Assembly (NCBI GenBank): GCA_037386905.1
Contig: JARRLQ010000001.1
Location: 5,947-69,946 of the forward strand
Length of the DNA: 64,000 nt
Origin: Woeseiaceae bacterium
GTDB lineage: Bacteria; Pseudomonadota; Gammaproteobacteria; Steroidobacterales; Woeseiaceae
Direction: 5' to 3'
Shown: positions 33,362-42,807 of the stretch, piece after piece
Numbering within the stretch: the first letter of the stretch is position 1
Layout: each line of letters starts with the position of its first letter
Position numbers and translations under genes: made by a program
Notes under the pieces: model-generated
The model's database searches: none
Told to the model about the DNA's origin: nothing
What the model saw: the letters and a program-made list of their open reading frames with translations, nothing else

Positions 33362-34455
33362 GCCGCGGCCATAGTTCCGGCAACGACGGAACATCCCGGG
33401 ACAACCCCAAACGCATACTCGACAGCCTCAGTGCAGGCGTAATCCTCGTTGATGAAAACCTGCTGATCGTCGACCTAAACCCCGCGGCCGAAAACATTCT
33501 CGGCATCAGTGTGCAGCGCGCGCGCGGTGAGTCGTTGTTACGACTTCTCGACGACGAGCCCGAGCTGCAGGACATCCTCAGCCGCGTACTGGAGACCGGC
33601 GACCACTACGCAAACGAGATGCGGCTTGGACCGACCGAGGTACATGCCGACGAGCGCATCGTTGACTGCCGCGTCTCTCCCATCGATGTCGATGACGCTG
33701 CACTGCTCGTTGAAATGACCGACGTCACACGGCGCTCGAAAATCAGCCGTGAGAACGCGCTGTTGATACAACACGGCGCCGGCCGGCAAATGATTCGCCA
33801 GCTGGCGCATGAGATCAAGAATCCACTGGGTGGCATACGTGGCGCCGCGCAGCTGCTCGCGAAACAACTCAATGAAGAAGAGTTGACCGAGTACACAGAC
33901 GTTGTGATCAGCGAGACAGACCGGCTCGCCGGCCTGGTTGACACGCTGCTTGGGCCTGGTGGACCGCCGAACAAACAGCCGGTCAATGTGCACGAACTGC
34001 TTGAGTATGTCGTCCGCATCATCGACGCGGAGGGGCAGCCCGGCGTCCGGTTCAAGCGCGATTATGATCCCGGCCTGCCGACGATTGACCTCGACCGAGA
34101 CCAGGTTGTTCAGGCGTTCCTCAACCTTGTGCGCAACGCTGCGGCGGCGCTCGACGGCCACGGCACGATTACGTTGCGAAGCCGGGCGGTCACCAATTTC
34201 ACGATCGGCGATATTCGCCACAGCGTCATCGCGACCATCGAAATCGAAGATGACGGTCCAGGCATTCCGCCCGACATGCAGGACTCGGTGTTCTATCCGC
34301 TGGTGACGAGTCGGCCCGAAGGAACCGGGCTCGGGCTGCCGGCGGCGCAGGAGCTATTGAGCCGCCATGGCGGGCTGATCGAATTTGAAAGCCGGCCCGG
34401 GCGAACCGTGTTCTTTGTCCGCATACCATTACAGCAAGCGGAGGTCGCGTCATGA
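33244..34455 (+). CDS. glnL: nitrogen regulation sensor histidine kinase NtrB (start uncertain)
   Basis: N-terminal PAS region (ILDSLSAGVILVDENLLIVDLNPAAENILG), H-box LAHEIKNPLGGIRGAAQLL, N and G boxes. No ATG, GTG or TTG exists between 33245 and 33510 in this frame. GTG 33244 is the nearest canonical start and overlaps the upstream gene by 118 nt. Confidence 0.85.
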   Translation: MARRAQHPGGSPGRNGQADDPQPDKPLLRAAEHSPLRPIGRGHSSGNDGTSRDNPKRILDSLSAGVILVDENLLIVDLNPAAENILGISVQRARGESLLRLLDDEPELQDILSRVLETGDHYANEMRLGPTEVHADERIVDCRVSPIDVDDAALLVEMTDVTRRSKISRENALLIQHGAGRQMIRQLAHEIKNPLGGIRGAAQLLAKQLNEEELTEYTDVVISETDRLAGLVDTLLGPGGPPNKQPVNVHELLEYVVRIIDAEGQPGVRFKRDYDPGLPTIDLDRDQVVQAFLNLVRNAAAALDGHGTITLRSRAVTNFTIGDIRHSVIATIEIEDDGPGIPPDMQDSVFYPLVTSRPEGTGLGLPAAQELLSRHGGLIEFESRPGRTVFFVRIPLQQAEVAS

Positions 34456-35852
34456 ACGATCGACCGCTCAACGTCTGGGTTGTCGACGACGACCAGTCCG
34501 TCCGGTGGGTGCTCGAGAAGGCCCTGCGCCAGGCGAACATGCAAGCGCGCAGCTTCGAACGCGCAGAGCACCTGCTAGAAGCGATTGCGCATACCGAGCC
34601 GGACGTGCTGATCACCGACGTGCGCATGCCAGGGATGAGCGGCATCGCGTTGCTCGAGCGCCTGCGGACCACGCGTCCCAACCTGCCGATCATTGTCATC
34701 ACGGCGCACTCGGATCTCGAAAATGCGGTCGCCGCATACAAAGGTGGCGCATTCGAGTACCTGCCGAAGCCATTCGACATCGACGAAGCCATCGAGCTCG
34801 TCCGCAAGGCCGCGCGCCAGAACGGCTATACCGACAACGACGAACAACAGGGCAGCAGCGATATCTCGTCAATGATCGGCCAGGCGCCGGCGATGCAGGA
34901 GGTGTTTCGCTCGATCGGGCGTCTCGCCGGCTCCAGCATGACGGTCCTGATTACCGGTGAGTCCGGCACCGGCAAGGAACTGATAGCGCGAGCCCTGCAC
35001 GAACACAGCCCGCGGGCCGACAAGCCCTTTGTCGCGTTGAACACCTCGGCGATCGCAGCGGAGTTGCTCGAATCGGAGCTGTTCGGCCATGAAAAAGGCT
35101 CGTTCACGGGCGCCGACGCTCGCCGCATCGGCCGTTTCGAGCAGGCGGACGGCGGCACGCTGTTTCTCGATGAAATCGGTGACATGTCACCTGCGCTGCA
35201 AACGCGCCTGCTGCGAGTGCTGGCCGAGAGCGAGTTCTACCGGGTTGGCGGCCAGCAATCGATCAAGGTGGACGTGCGCGTGATTGCAGCGACCAACCAG
35301 GACCTGGCGAGAGCGGTCAAGGAGTCGCGATTCCGCGAAGACCTGTACCATCGATTGAACGTCATCCGCATCAATTCGCCACCGCTGCGGCAACGCCGCG
35401 CCGACATACCGTTGTTGCTGAACCACTACCTGGCCGACGCGGCGAAGGAACTCGAGGCGCCGGCAAAAACGATCGACAGCGACGCACTCGAAATGCTGCA
35501 GGGTTATGACTGGCCCGGCAATGTGCGCCAGCTCGTCAATGCTACGCGGCGGCTGACCGTTACAGCCCCGGGTACGGTCATCACCACGGAGGACATTCCT
35601 GTGGACCTTGGCGGCAGTGTCGAGTCGACACGAGCCACGCAGGACTGGACCCGCAGCCTGGCAAGCTGGGCCGAGCAGCAGCTCGCTAATCGCAAGGGCC
35701 CGCTACTTGAAACGGCCCTGCCGGAGTTCGAAAGAACGCTGATCGAAACCGCAATGAGCCAGACCGGCGGTCACCGCCAGGAAGCGGCCAGGCTGCTCGG
35801 CTGGGGCCGCAACACGCTGACGCGCAAGATGAAGTCCTTGCACCTCGACTGA
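34452..35852 (+). CDS. glnG: nitrogen regulation response regulator NtrC (sigma-54 activator)
   Basis: Receiver domain (VWVVDDDQSVRWVLEKAL, DVLITDVRMPGMSG), AAA+ domain (GESGTGKE, ESELFGHEKGSFTGA), and a C-terminal Fis-type HTH. ATGA overlap with ntrB. Confidence 0.95.
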   Translation: MNDRPLNVWVVDDDQSVRWVLEKALRQANMQARSFERAEHLLEAIAHTEPDVLITDVRMPGMSGIALLERLRTTRPNLPIIVITAHSDLENAVAAYKGGAFEYLPKPFDIDEAIELVRKAARQNGYTDNDEQQGSSDISSMIGQAPAMQEVFRSIGRLAGSSMTVLITGESGTGKELIARALHEHSPRADKPFVALNTSAIAAELLESELFGHEKGSFTGADARRIGRFEQADGGTLFLDEIGDMSPALQTRLLRVLAESEFYRVGGQQSIKVDVRVIAATNQDLARAVKESRFREDLYHRLNVIRINSPPLRQRRADIPLLLNHYLADAAKELEAPAKTIDSDALEMLQGYDWPGNVRQLVNATRRLTVTAPGTVITTEDIPVDLGGSVESTRATQDWTRSLASWAEQQLANRKGPLLETALPEFERTLIETAMSQTGGHRQEAARLLGWGRNTLTRKMKSLHLD

Positions 35853-36461
35853 TCAGGCGTCAGCAGACCGCATGCGTTGGGCAAAAAACCAGAGCGCATA
35901 AACCAGGGCCAGCGCGAGGACCGTCAGGATGATCTTGTTCATCAGGAGTGTGTCGTACTCGCGGACGGCGCCACCTAACGTGAAGGACGGTGCCGACCAC
36001 CACATCAGCTCCAGGATGCCGGGAACGACCAGGGACATTCCTACCCAGCCGTAACCGCGCGCGTAAGCGAACGCACCCATGCTGATCAGGACCAACCCGG
36101 CCCCCGAGAATATCCAGGTATCCCTGATCTCTCTCGTTACGGACTCGCGCTGACGCAACTCGGACGCCAGGGCCGAGTGCCTCGCGAACAGCTCAGGGTT
36201 TTCCTGCCTGAGGACAAACTGCTCCCTGGAAGGGTCTTCCCGTTTGAGCGCTTCGATCTGTGCCTCGAGCTGCTCATACTCGGTCATGAGCTCGCCCGTG
36301 GACTCTTGCAGGCGAACCTCTTCCTGGACCTCGTAATAAACGTCGGCCGGAGCGAGAATCGATTCTTCGTACCCGATGGCGTAAACGTGAACGTGTCTGA
36401 CGAATTGAGTCGTGAGAACACCACAGGCAATGATCAGGAGCGTTGTCTGAAACCCCCTCAT
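35853..36461 (-). CDS. hypothetical membrane protein (N-terminal TM, acidic coiled coil, C-terminal TM bundle)
   Basis: 202-aa ORF with an AGGAGG Shine-Dalgarno before ATG 36461. No recognisable family. Its stop abuts the ntrC stop with 0-nt spacing. Confidence 0.5.
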   Translation of the reverse strand: MRGFQTTLLIIACGVLTTQFVRHVHVYAIGYEESILAPADVYYEVQEEVRLQESTGELMTEYEQLEAQIEALKREDPSREQFVLRQENPELFARHSALASELRQRESVTREIRDTWIFSGAGLVLISMGAFAYARGYGWVGMSLVVPGILELMWWSAPSFTLGGAVREYDTLLMNKIILTVLALALVYALWFFAQRMRSADA

Positions 36462-36547
36462 GTTGCACCTCCTTTCCCGGATTCATGCTCCGGCCGCCGG
36501 GAAGTGGCGTCAATTCCGGGATGTACCTAAGGAAAACAGGAAAGAGG

Positions 36548-37285
36548 TCAGTTGTTGGCCTTCTCGTTCCGGTCCAGGATGCGCTGCCAGATTTCGACGC
36601 TTGCCTCTTCGACCATCACGTTCAGCGCTTCCTCGATGAGTTCACCGCTGCCGGCCACCCATGCCTCCACCTTGGCGCTGTCGCTGACAACCTTGATGTT
36701 GCGGCGGCCGGACTTGCCATTGGCATGGCCGTGAATCGTGAACGTGGCTTCGATAGCGACATGGTTTCCGACGCCCACGTTCCAGCGGACTTCAGAGATA
36801 TAGGCCTGCAGCGAGACATCGGCAAACACGCTTTTCAGTTCTATGCCGTGACGCCCGGCCTCGCGCCGCATGGCCTGATCAAAAGCCATGTCGAGATTGA
36901 CGCCGTTACGCGACACGACGTTCGCAGTGACGTGATTGAGTGCGTGAGCGTCCTCTTCGGGCAGGGTTTCTATTGCGGTGATGATTGCGCCGGCGGCGGT
37001 GGCCGTGGGAACCATGACAATTGCGCAAGCCCAGAAAAAGATATTGCACGCCTCCACGGACCCGTACATACCCTGGACGGCCATCGCACCGGGGCGCAGC
37101 TCCGGATCACCGTCGACGTCGACTTCAAGCCTGCTCATGCCCGTGAAGTCGGTCTGCAGATGCACACTCCTGGTTTCGTCTATTGGCGGCAGGCTGGAAC
37201 ATCCCGCGGCAAAAGCCAGCGCTGCGACAGCTGCCATGACCAGGGCGCCCCGTGTCGGGGCCGGTTTGTGGCTCATCACGCGCAC
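36548..37285 (-). CDS. hypothetical lipoprotein
   Basis: Lipobox LAFAAGCSS after a basic N-terminus. 245 aa. No recognisable family. Confidence 0.5.
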   Translation of the reverse strand: MRVMSHKPAPTRGALVMAAVAALAFAAGCSSLPPIDETRSVHLQTDFTGMSRLEVDVDGDPELRPGAMAVQGMYGSVEACNIFFWACAIVMVPTATAAGAIITAIETLPEEDAHALNHVTANVVSRNGVNLDMAFDQAMRREAGRHGIELKSVFADVSLQAYISEVRWNVGVGNHVAIEATFTIHGHANGKSGRRNIKVVSDSAKVEAWVAGSGELIEEALNVMVEEASVEIWQRILDRNEKANN

Positions 37286-37397
37286 CCCCGATTATCAGTG
37301 TAGCGAGAGCCCACTGTGTCATCGTCACGGCGCCAGAGCCTGACGGATTCCTGATGATTCGATGATTGTCAGTCAGCCGGATCGGCGATAGCAGCCG

Positions 37398-38336
37398 CTA
37401 CAGCTCAAGCGTTCCTACAAGATCGGCAACGGCTGCCATGCCATGACGCTTGAGATAATCGGCAATGCCCTGGTTGATCTTTTTACACACCAGCGGGTCG
37501 TAGAACAGCGCCGTTCCCACGCCAACTGTGGTAGCGCCCGCGATAATGAATTCGATCGCATCTGTCGGCGTTGTGATACCGCCCTGGCCGATGATCGGAA
37601 TGTTGTGTGGCTGTGCAACCTCGTAAACCTGCCGTGTCTTGAGTAACGCAATCGGCTTGATCGCGGGCCCGGACAGGCCGCCGCGCACGTTGCCTATGAC
37701 CGGCTTGCGCGCTTCTGCATCGATTGCCATGCCCATGACCGTGTTGATGACAGCGAATGCATCAGAGCCGGCCTCGATACACAGTCGCGCATTCTCCTGG
37801 ATGTCGGTCTGGTTGGGCGACAGCTTGGTGATAATCGGTTTGTCGGTTTCGGCGCGGCAGGCGGCGACGACGCGTGCCGACATTTCCGGGACGTTGCCGA
37901 ATTGCACGCCGCCTTCCTTGATGTTCGGGCAGGAAATGTTGATCTCGATCGCATCGATTGGCGAATCGTTGAAGCGCCGCGTTACGGCGGCATAGTCTTC
38001 TATTCGCGACCCGCAGACGTTGGCAATGAAGCGCGTCTCCTCGAAGTCGAGGCCGGGCAGGATGTCGTCAACGACCTTGTCGACACCGGGGTTTTGCAGG
38101 CCGATCGCATTGAGCATGCCCATCGGCGTTTCGCAGACACGATGCGGCGGATTGCCGAGGCGCGGTTCGTGCGTCGTTCCCTTGAGAACGATGGCGCCGA
38201 CGTCGCGATTCGAAAATCCTTCGACGCGCGTGTACTCCTCACCAAAGCCCACACAGCCCGACAACAGCACGATCGGCGAAGCGAATGACAGGCTGCAAAA
38301 GTCGACGTGGAGGGGACTGGAGTTTGAAGCGCTCAT
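37398..38336 (-). CDS. pyrD: dihydroorotate dehydrogenase, class 1B-type catalytic subunit-like
   Basis: [59 protein letters not shown], active-site block [13 protein letters not shown] (Cys-type, class 1), [10 protein letters not shown], and GQGGI. Start at ATG 38336 (alternative 38348) inside the longer ORF. Confidence 0.8.
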   Translation of the reverse strand: MSASNSSPLHVDFCSLSFASPIVLLSGCVGFGEEYTRVEGFSNRDVGAIVLKGTTHEPRLGNPPHRVCETPMGMLNAIGLQNPGVDKVVDDILPGLDFEETRFIANVCGSRIEDYAAVTRRFNDSPIDAIEINISCPNIKEGGVQFGNVPEMSARVVAACRAETDKPIITKLSPNQTDIQENARLCIEAGSDAFAVINTVMGMAIDAEARKPVIGNVRGGLSGPAIKPIALLKTRQVYEVAQPHNIPIIGQGGITTPTDAIEFIIAGATTVGVGTALFYDPLVCKKINQGIADYLKRHGMAAVADLVGTLEL

Positions 38337-38357
38337 CGGATGCGGCATTCTACGCCA

Positions 38358-38822
38358 ATGTTCAGCCTGATTCTCTACCAGCCCGAGATCCCGCCAAACA
38401 CGGGCAACGTCATTCGCTTGTGCGCCAATACCGGGGTGGCGCTGCACCTGATCGAGCCGCTGGGTTTCGATCTCGAGGAACGAAAGCTGCGGCGCGCCGG
38501 GCTCGACTACCGGGAATTTGCCAGCGTCCAGGTGTATGCCTCGCTCGAAGACTGCCTCGATGTCCTGGGCACGCCGAGAGTCTTTGCACTGAGCACGCGC
38601 GGCACGACGCGGCACGATGCGCCGCGGTACCGCGAAGGCGATGCTTTCCTGCTTGGGCCGGAGACGCGTGGATTACCGCAACAAATACTGGATGCGCTTC
38701 CTGACGAACAATGCCTGCGGCTGCCGATGCGGCCCGACAACCGCAGCCTGAACCTGTCCAATACCGCGGCCGTCATCGTTTACGAAGCATGGCGACAGCT
38801 CGGCTTCGAAGGCGGCAACTAG
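38358..38822 (+). CDS. trmL: tRNA (cytidine/uridine-2'-O-)-methyltransferase TrmL (SpoU family)
   Basis: [36 protein letters not shown], and [21 protein letters not shown]. About 154 aa, canonical TrmL size. Confidence 0.9.
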   Translation: MFSLILYQPEIPPNTGNVIRLCANTGVALHLIEPLGFDLEERKLRRAGLDYREFASVQVYASLEDCLDVLGTPRVFALSTRGTTRHDAPRYREGDAFLLGPETRGLPQQILDALPDEQCLRLPMRPDNRSLNLSNTAAVIVYEAWRQLGFEGGN

Positions 38823-40171
38823 CAGCTGTCTGATTCCAGGTATTTCGCAAGGCGCGATACCGGCGTTTGCACCAGCGAGTGCGTGTTGATTACCACGGTG
38901 TCGGGTGTGAGGTGGTTAACAGCCCAGCCGGCGAACCAGCATTCTGTCTCCACCCTGTCGCTGCGCGGCACGTCCGATTCGGAATTCGGTACGTGCAGGT
39001 CCGACTGGAAAAAGTAGCCGTTTGCCAGTACGCCGAGCGATGCGATCACATGCGGGCTTGCGCCCATGTTGAGAATCGTTACCGGCGTGTCCGGGTCGCT
39101 CAGTGTGGCGAAATCGGCAACCGGCTGTATCAACACATTGTGGCCGGCGTCAGTCAGCCTGTCGCCCGGCATCGACTCGCGATTGAGTGCATCGCCGAGA
39201 AAGCGTGCGACCTGCCCAGGCGCATAAATCGTCGCACCGGCGGCGGCGAAGGCGCGCGCGCCGCCCGCATGGTCGTCGTGATGGTGTGTCAGGACCACCG
39301 CGCGGATCGGAACACCGGGAAACTCTTCGGCCAGGAAATCCACCAGGCCCTCCGACAAGCCGCTGACACCGAGACCCGGGACGAGGTCGGCCGGCGGAAA
39401 CTGCTGCAGCTCCACCCAGCCGGCGGGCGCGTCGGCAACGACCAGGCCTTCGTCTGTTGCCACGACCATGTGATGAAAGCCGGTTCGGACACCCTGCACG
39501 AGGTACACATCATCGGCCAGGTTGACGAGCTCCATTACAACTCGCGATGGCCACCGATCGCCCGGCACATCAACCGGATCCGCGCCGGGGGTCGGCGCCC
39601 ATAGCGTCGCCGCCTCATCCTCGGTGAGGATGCGGCGCGAGCCGGTACCGCGAAACATGACGACGCCATCGACGTCAATTTCGAGGCGCGGGCCCGGGCT
39701 TCCGTGCAGCGAGCGCCAGGTCCAGGTCACCGGGACGCGGCCGCGCAATGGCAGGTCGACCGAGGTCCGGATTTCGCGAATCGGGTCGGACGGTGAGGCG
39801 GAGTGCCGCGGGTCGAGCATGCGGCTGCGCGCGGCCTCCGCGGCTGCTTTCGATGTGCGAAACTCGATGTCGGGCGGTGAATCGCGGTTGACGATACGGA
39901 CGAGGTCGGGCGGAATGAAGGCAACGGTCCAGCCACCGGCCATGTCCGGGTTGGAGTTGCCGCTCATCGACAGCAGCACGCGATCGGACGCGTCGTCTGT
40001 CGTCACGCACCAGCGAGCCGGGTAAAACTCGCCCGCCCGCGGGGTATGTCCCTGGTAACGAGCGCCCAGGTCAAACTCGCCGTCGAGGCAAAACTCGGTC
40101 GTTGCGGCAAAACCCGCTGTCGCGAACGGGTAAAGCAGAACGGCCGCCAATACAGGCCGAATTCGCATCAT
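38819..40171 (-). CDS. exported metallo-beta-lactamase-fold hydrolase with N-terminal extra domain
   Basis: Signal peptide [22 protein letters not shown] and MBL motif [17 protein letters not shown]. Its stop overlaps the trmL stop (CTAG). Confidence 0.75.
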   Translation of the reverse strand: MMRIRPVLAAVLLYPFATAGFAATTEFCLDGEFDLGARYQGHTPRAGEFYPARWCVTTDDASDRVLLSMSGNSNPDMAGGWTVAFIPPDLVRIVNRDSPPDIEFRTSKAAAEAARSRMLDPRHSASPSDPIREIRTSVDLPLRGRVPVTWTWRSLHGSPGPRLEIDVDGVVMFRGTGSRRILTEDEAATLWAPTPGADPVDVPGDRWPSRVVMELVNLADDVYLVQGVRTGFHHMVVATDEGLVVADAPAGWVELQQFPPADLVPGLGVSGLSEGLVDFLAEEFPGVPIRAVVLTHHHDDHAGGARAFAAAGATIYAPGQVARFLGDALNRESMPGDRLTDAGHNVLIQPVADFATLSDPDTPVTILNMGASPHVIASLGVLANGYFFQSDLHVPNSESDVPRSDRVETECWFAGWAVNHLTPDTVVINTHSLVQTPVSRLAKYLESDSC

Positions 40172-40230
40172 GGAGAATCCGACCTCATTGACGGCCGCCA
40201 GGTTCCATCGCGGCGAAAGCCGCTCGCACG

Positions 40231-41709
40231 TCAGCCGGGTTCGATGTTGCTGTTCAGCCGGAACAGGTTGCCGGGGTCGTACTGTGACTTTATCTCCCGC
40301 AGGCGCGCATAGTTCGGCCCGTAATTGACCGGCACCTTGTCGCCATCGAAATCGATGTTGTCGTAATAGCCGCCAAGATGTGGCTCGAGCGCCTTGTAGT
40401 AAGCACGTGCTGCGGCAATCATTTCATCATCCTGGGCCGGATCCATCCAGCCACCGGCAATGACGATCATGATCTCGGCATTGCGGTGCGGGAAGGCCGT
40501 GTCGAGCTCACCGACGCGTTTCACGGCGCCACCGGCAACATGGTTACCGACGAAGACGCGAGGGTCGTCATTCTCGAGCATCGCGTTGATCAGCTCCTGC
40601 GACCACTGCTTGACCATGCCGTTCTTGGCGTAAGAGCGAATGCCGTGACCGAACGCAACGTCGTTAATGGTTTGCAACACCGAGTAATCCTGCACCATGA
40701 TGCCGTCGACCACGGGCGAGCCAATATTGCGCATCGGCTCAAGCTCCTTTTCGCCGGCGGCCGGATCACCGTTATAGACGATGTCGATCGTGATAACGCG
40801 AATACCGTCCGGTGTGGTCGCAATATTCGGGCCTGCGTACATCTCGTCAGACAGCCCCTCAGACCACTCGGCATAGAATTCGAGAACATCACGAGCCTGC
40901 TCCGCTGGCCAGACAATGCTCCCGGAAAGCACATTGCGCTCGAACGGGTATAGCTGGTACTCGAACTCGGTCGCAACACCGAAGTTTCCACCACCGCCGC
41001 GAATGGCCCAGAACAGATCGGGGTCTTCTTCGGCGCTGATGCGTCGCACTGTGCCATCAGCAGTCACGATTTCTGCGCCGGTGAGGTTGTCGATGGTCAG
41101 GCCGTATTTGCGGTTGAGGCGTCCGAAGCCGCCACCGAGCGTATAACCGCCGACGCCCGTATGCGAGACAACACCCGCCGTTGTCACCATGCCTTTCGCC
41201 AGCGCTGCGGCGTCGAGGCCGCTCAGCAGGGCACCACCCTGCGCATTCGCGCGCTGCGTCGTCTCATCGGCAGTTACGGTGTTCATTTGCGACAGATCGA
41301 TCATCAGGCCGTCATCGCAGACGGACTTGCCGGGCCAGCTATGACCGCCGCCGCGCACGGACGTCAGCACGCCCCTCTCCCGCGCAAACGTGACCGCCTT
41401 GCTGACGTCGTCACTGTTCATGCAGCGCGCAATCAGCGCCGGCCGCTTGTCATGCATGCCGTTCCAGATCGAGCGAGCGTTGTCATATTCCGGATGGCCG
41501 GAAAGAATTACTGGTCCGGTCATTGACTCGCCGAGCTCGCGAATAGCGGCTTTCTCGAGTTCGATCTCGGCGCCATCAAGCGACACGGCGGCCATGCTCG
41601 TATCCGCCCCGGTTGCCACAGGCGCCTTGCGCTCGCATCCGGGAAGCATCGGTATTGCAGCCGCGACACTCGCGGCAACTGCCGAGCGGCAGAATTTACG
41701 TCTGTTCAT
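40231..41709 (-). CDS. Tat-exported FAD-linked oxidase (PCMH/BBE-type)
   Basis: Twin-arginine signal MNRRKFCRSAVAASVAAAIPMLPGC, FAD-binding PCMH region (VRGGGHSWPG, GGYTLGGGFG), and a C-terminal BBE-like region (YDPGNLFRLN). Confidence 0.8.
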   Translation of the reverse strand: MNRRKFCRSAVAASVAAAIPMLPGCERKAPVATGADTSMAAVSLDGAEIELEKAAIRELGESMTGPVILSGHPEYDNARSIWNGMHDKRPALIARCMNSDDVSKAVTFARERGVLTSVRGGGHSWPGKSVCDDGLMIDLSQMNTVTADETTQRANAQGGALLSGLDAAALAKGMVTTAGVVSHTGVGGYTLGGGFGRLNRKYGLTIDNLTGAEIVTADGTVRRISAEEDPDLFWAIRGGGGNFGVATEFEYQLYPFERNVLSGSIVWPAEQARDVLEFYAEWSEGLSDEMYAGPNIATTPDGIRVITIDIVYNGDPAAGEKELEPMRNIGSPVVDGIMVQDYSVLQTINDVAFGHGIRSYAKNGMVKQWSQELINAMLENDDPRVFVGNHVAGGAVKRVGELDTAFPHRNAEIMIVIAGGWMDPAQDDEMIAAARAYYKALEPHLGGYYDNIDFDGDKVPVNYGPNYARLREIKSQYDPGNLFRLNSNIEPG

Positions 41710-41792
41710 TGTTAACCCCCAAGGTTATCCGTTCTTATTCGCACAAGCTTAGAAGATTCGACACCAATTACCAGCCCGACGTGGGCTGCAGG

Positions 41793-42791
41793 TCATTGCC
41801 GCGGTCGCTGGAATGCGCGTTCGAGGCCGTCACCGGTATCGATCTCATCATCGAGCATCTCGACGAGCTCGTCGCGAGTGAAGCTGAATTGGTGGTCGCG
41901 GTTGAGTTCGACGAGCTCCTCAATGGCTTTATAAATAGTCCTTTCCGCCTCGGAGCGAACCGGGACAACCATGTAATGCTCTTTCGGGTTCGGGTCGAAC
42001 ATCGCATGTAGTGCAGCACGCGCGACGGCATCGGGCTCCGGGTACTGGCTGCGACTGGCGTCTTCACAGCGCTCTGCCATGCGCTCGTTGTACGCCGGCC
42101 AGCGGGACTCGTCCTCCAGCTTGCCGGAAGCAAGCGCCCGATCGCAGGCTGAATTGGCGATCTCCGACCTGAAGTTGCCCGGCTCGATGGCGCTGACATG
42201 GACGTTCGCGCCGACCATCCGCAGCTCGGCGGCGAGCGCATCCGTGTAAGCCTCCATGGCGTGCTTGCTCATGCTGTAGGCGCCGGAGCCGGGACCGGAC
42301 AGCACGCCCGAGATCGAACTGATGACGTTGAAGCGGCCGCCCGACTCGAGAATCATGTCGGCGAAGGCCTTGTTGACGCGGTACGGTCCGTAAACGTTCA
42401 CGTCGAGCTGGAAGTCGAGGTCGGCCTCATCCATCTCAAGCATCGGGCCGCCTACGTAGACGCCGGCGTTGTTGATGATGCCCCAAAGACCGCGGCCCTC
42501 GGCGCGCACCAGCTCGACGGCCGCGTCGATTTCTTGCTGCACCGTCACATCGAGGCGAATGCCCATGACGTTGTCCATCGCGCTGAGGCGCTCGATGTCT
42601 TCGGGTTTGCGTGCGCCTGCATAAACAAAGTGCCCGGCGTCGGCCAGGTACTCGGTTATCCTGAGGCCGATGCCGCTGCTTGCGCCGGTCACAAGCACGG
42701 CTTTTTGTTCGTCTTCGGCCTGCACGTTCGCAGAGAACACGGCGGCAAGCGCAATCGTGGCACACAGCAATGCCCTGGCAATGACAGTCAT
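41793..42791 (-). CDS. exported short-chain dehydrogenase/reductase (SDR)
   Basis: Signal peptide, then VLVTGASSGIGLRITEYLA (TGxxxGxG), NNAG, and the YSMSKHAM catalytic Y-x3-K. Confidence 0.85.
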   Translation of the reverse strand: MTVIARALLCATIALAAVFSANVQAEDEQKAVLVTGASSGIGLRITEYLADAGHFVYAGARKPEDIERLSAMDNVMGIRLDVTVQQEIDAAVELVRAEGRGLWGIINNAGVYVGGPMLEMDEADLDFQLDVNVYGPYRVNKAFADMILESGGRFNVISSISGVLSGPGSGAYSMSKHAMEAYTDALAAELRMVGANVHVSAIEPGNFRSEIANSACDRALASGKLEDESRWPAYNERMAERCEDASRSQYPEPDAVARAALHAMFDPNPKEHYMVVPVRSEAERTIYKAIEELVELNRDHQFSFTRDELVEMLDDEIDTGDGLERAFQRPRQ

Positions 42792-42807
42792 AGAGGTTTC
42801 CTTTCGG

